Shown piece by piece: positions 63,446 through 64,000 of a stretch of DNA of 64,000 nt. The position numbers were made by a program, and so were the translations under genes. The DNA comes from Eledone cirrhosa (lineage: Eukaryota), in assembly GCA_964016885.1 (NCBI GenBank), contig OZ024745.1:55304001-55368000 (forward strand), in the 5' to 3' direction. Position 1 is the first letter of the stretch. Every line of letters starts with the position of its first letter. The notes under the pieces are model-generated. The model was given only the letters and a program-made list of their open reading frames with translations, was not told where the DNA came from and searched no databases.

Positions 63446-64000
63446 CACCAGGTATGGATGGCATTTCTGCTGAAATGCTGAAGTCAGGAGGCGAAAGCAT
63501 GGTCAAGTGGATGGGCCACTTATGTAATATTGTGTGGAACACGGATGAAGTCCCAGAAGATTGGAGAAACAGAGCGGTTGTCCTTATTCCCAAGAAGGGC
63601 AACCTTGCCGAATGTGACAACTGGAGGGGAGTGACACTTCTCTCCATACCAGGGAAGGTCTATTGTCTGATGATCCTGAACCGCATACGTGGCATGGTAG
63701 ACCGGGAACTGCGAGAACAATAGGCAGGGTTCCGACCAAAACGTTCCTGTGCAGAGCATTTCTTTAAGGTACGCCGCATCATTGAGAGGTACAACTAATT
63801 CCAGAAGCCCCTCGCCGTCAGCTTCATCGATTTCTCCAAAGCATTCGATAGCATTCATCGACCGTCACTCTGGAGCATCATGCATGAGTATGGGGTGCTC
63901 CAGAAAGTCATTTCGGCAATCAAACAGATGTACGCAAACTCCAAGTGCTGCATACGGACAGAGGATGGTTACAGTGACTGGTTTGAGGTGGTTACTGGTG
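63444..64000 (+). mobile_element. RTE-clade LINE RT region (continues beyond the window; has stops)
   Basis: SPGMDGISAEMLK, IPKKGNLAECDNWRGVTLLSIPGKV, AGFRP, FIDFSKAFDSIHR. Confidence 0.9.

Overview
AT-rich animal genomic DNA with no intact host gene that I can recognise. The SINE types and extreme (TA)n/(CA)n/(GA)n density suggest an octopod cephalopod (inference). The window is almost entirely retroelement debris stacked in (TA)n tracts: Penelope-like elements (PLEs; RT and GIY-YIG fragments with inverted pLTRs), two decayed CR1-clade LINEs, RTE fragments (one with a clean 5' inversion), RTE-derived and tRNA-derived SINEs, and mariner relics. The main signal is invisible in the ORF track. 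By eye I count about 23 type I hammerhead ribozyme (HHR) motifs on both strands, most with a minimal stem III and a palindromic loop. They sit in PLE pLTRs, in fold-back hairpins, and in non-coding tandem units of about 460-680 nt that look like PLE-mobilised retrozymes; one such unit starts at the predicted self-cleavage site. A PLE with ~3 kb inverted arms carries microsatellite-like DNA as cargo. All calls are by eye and no alignments or folding programs were run.
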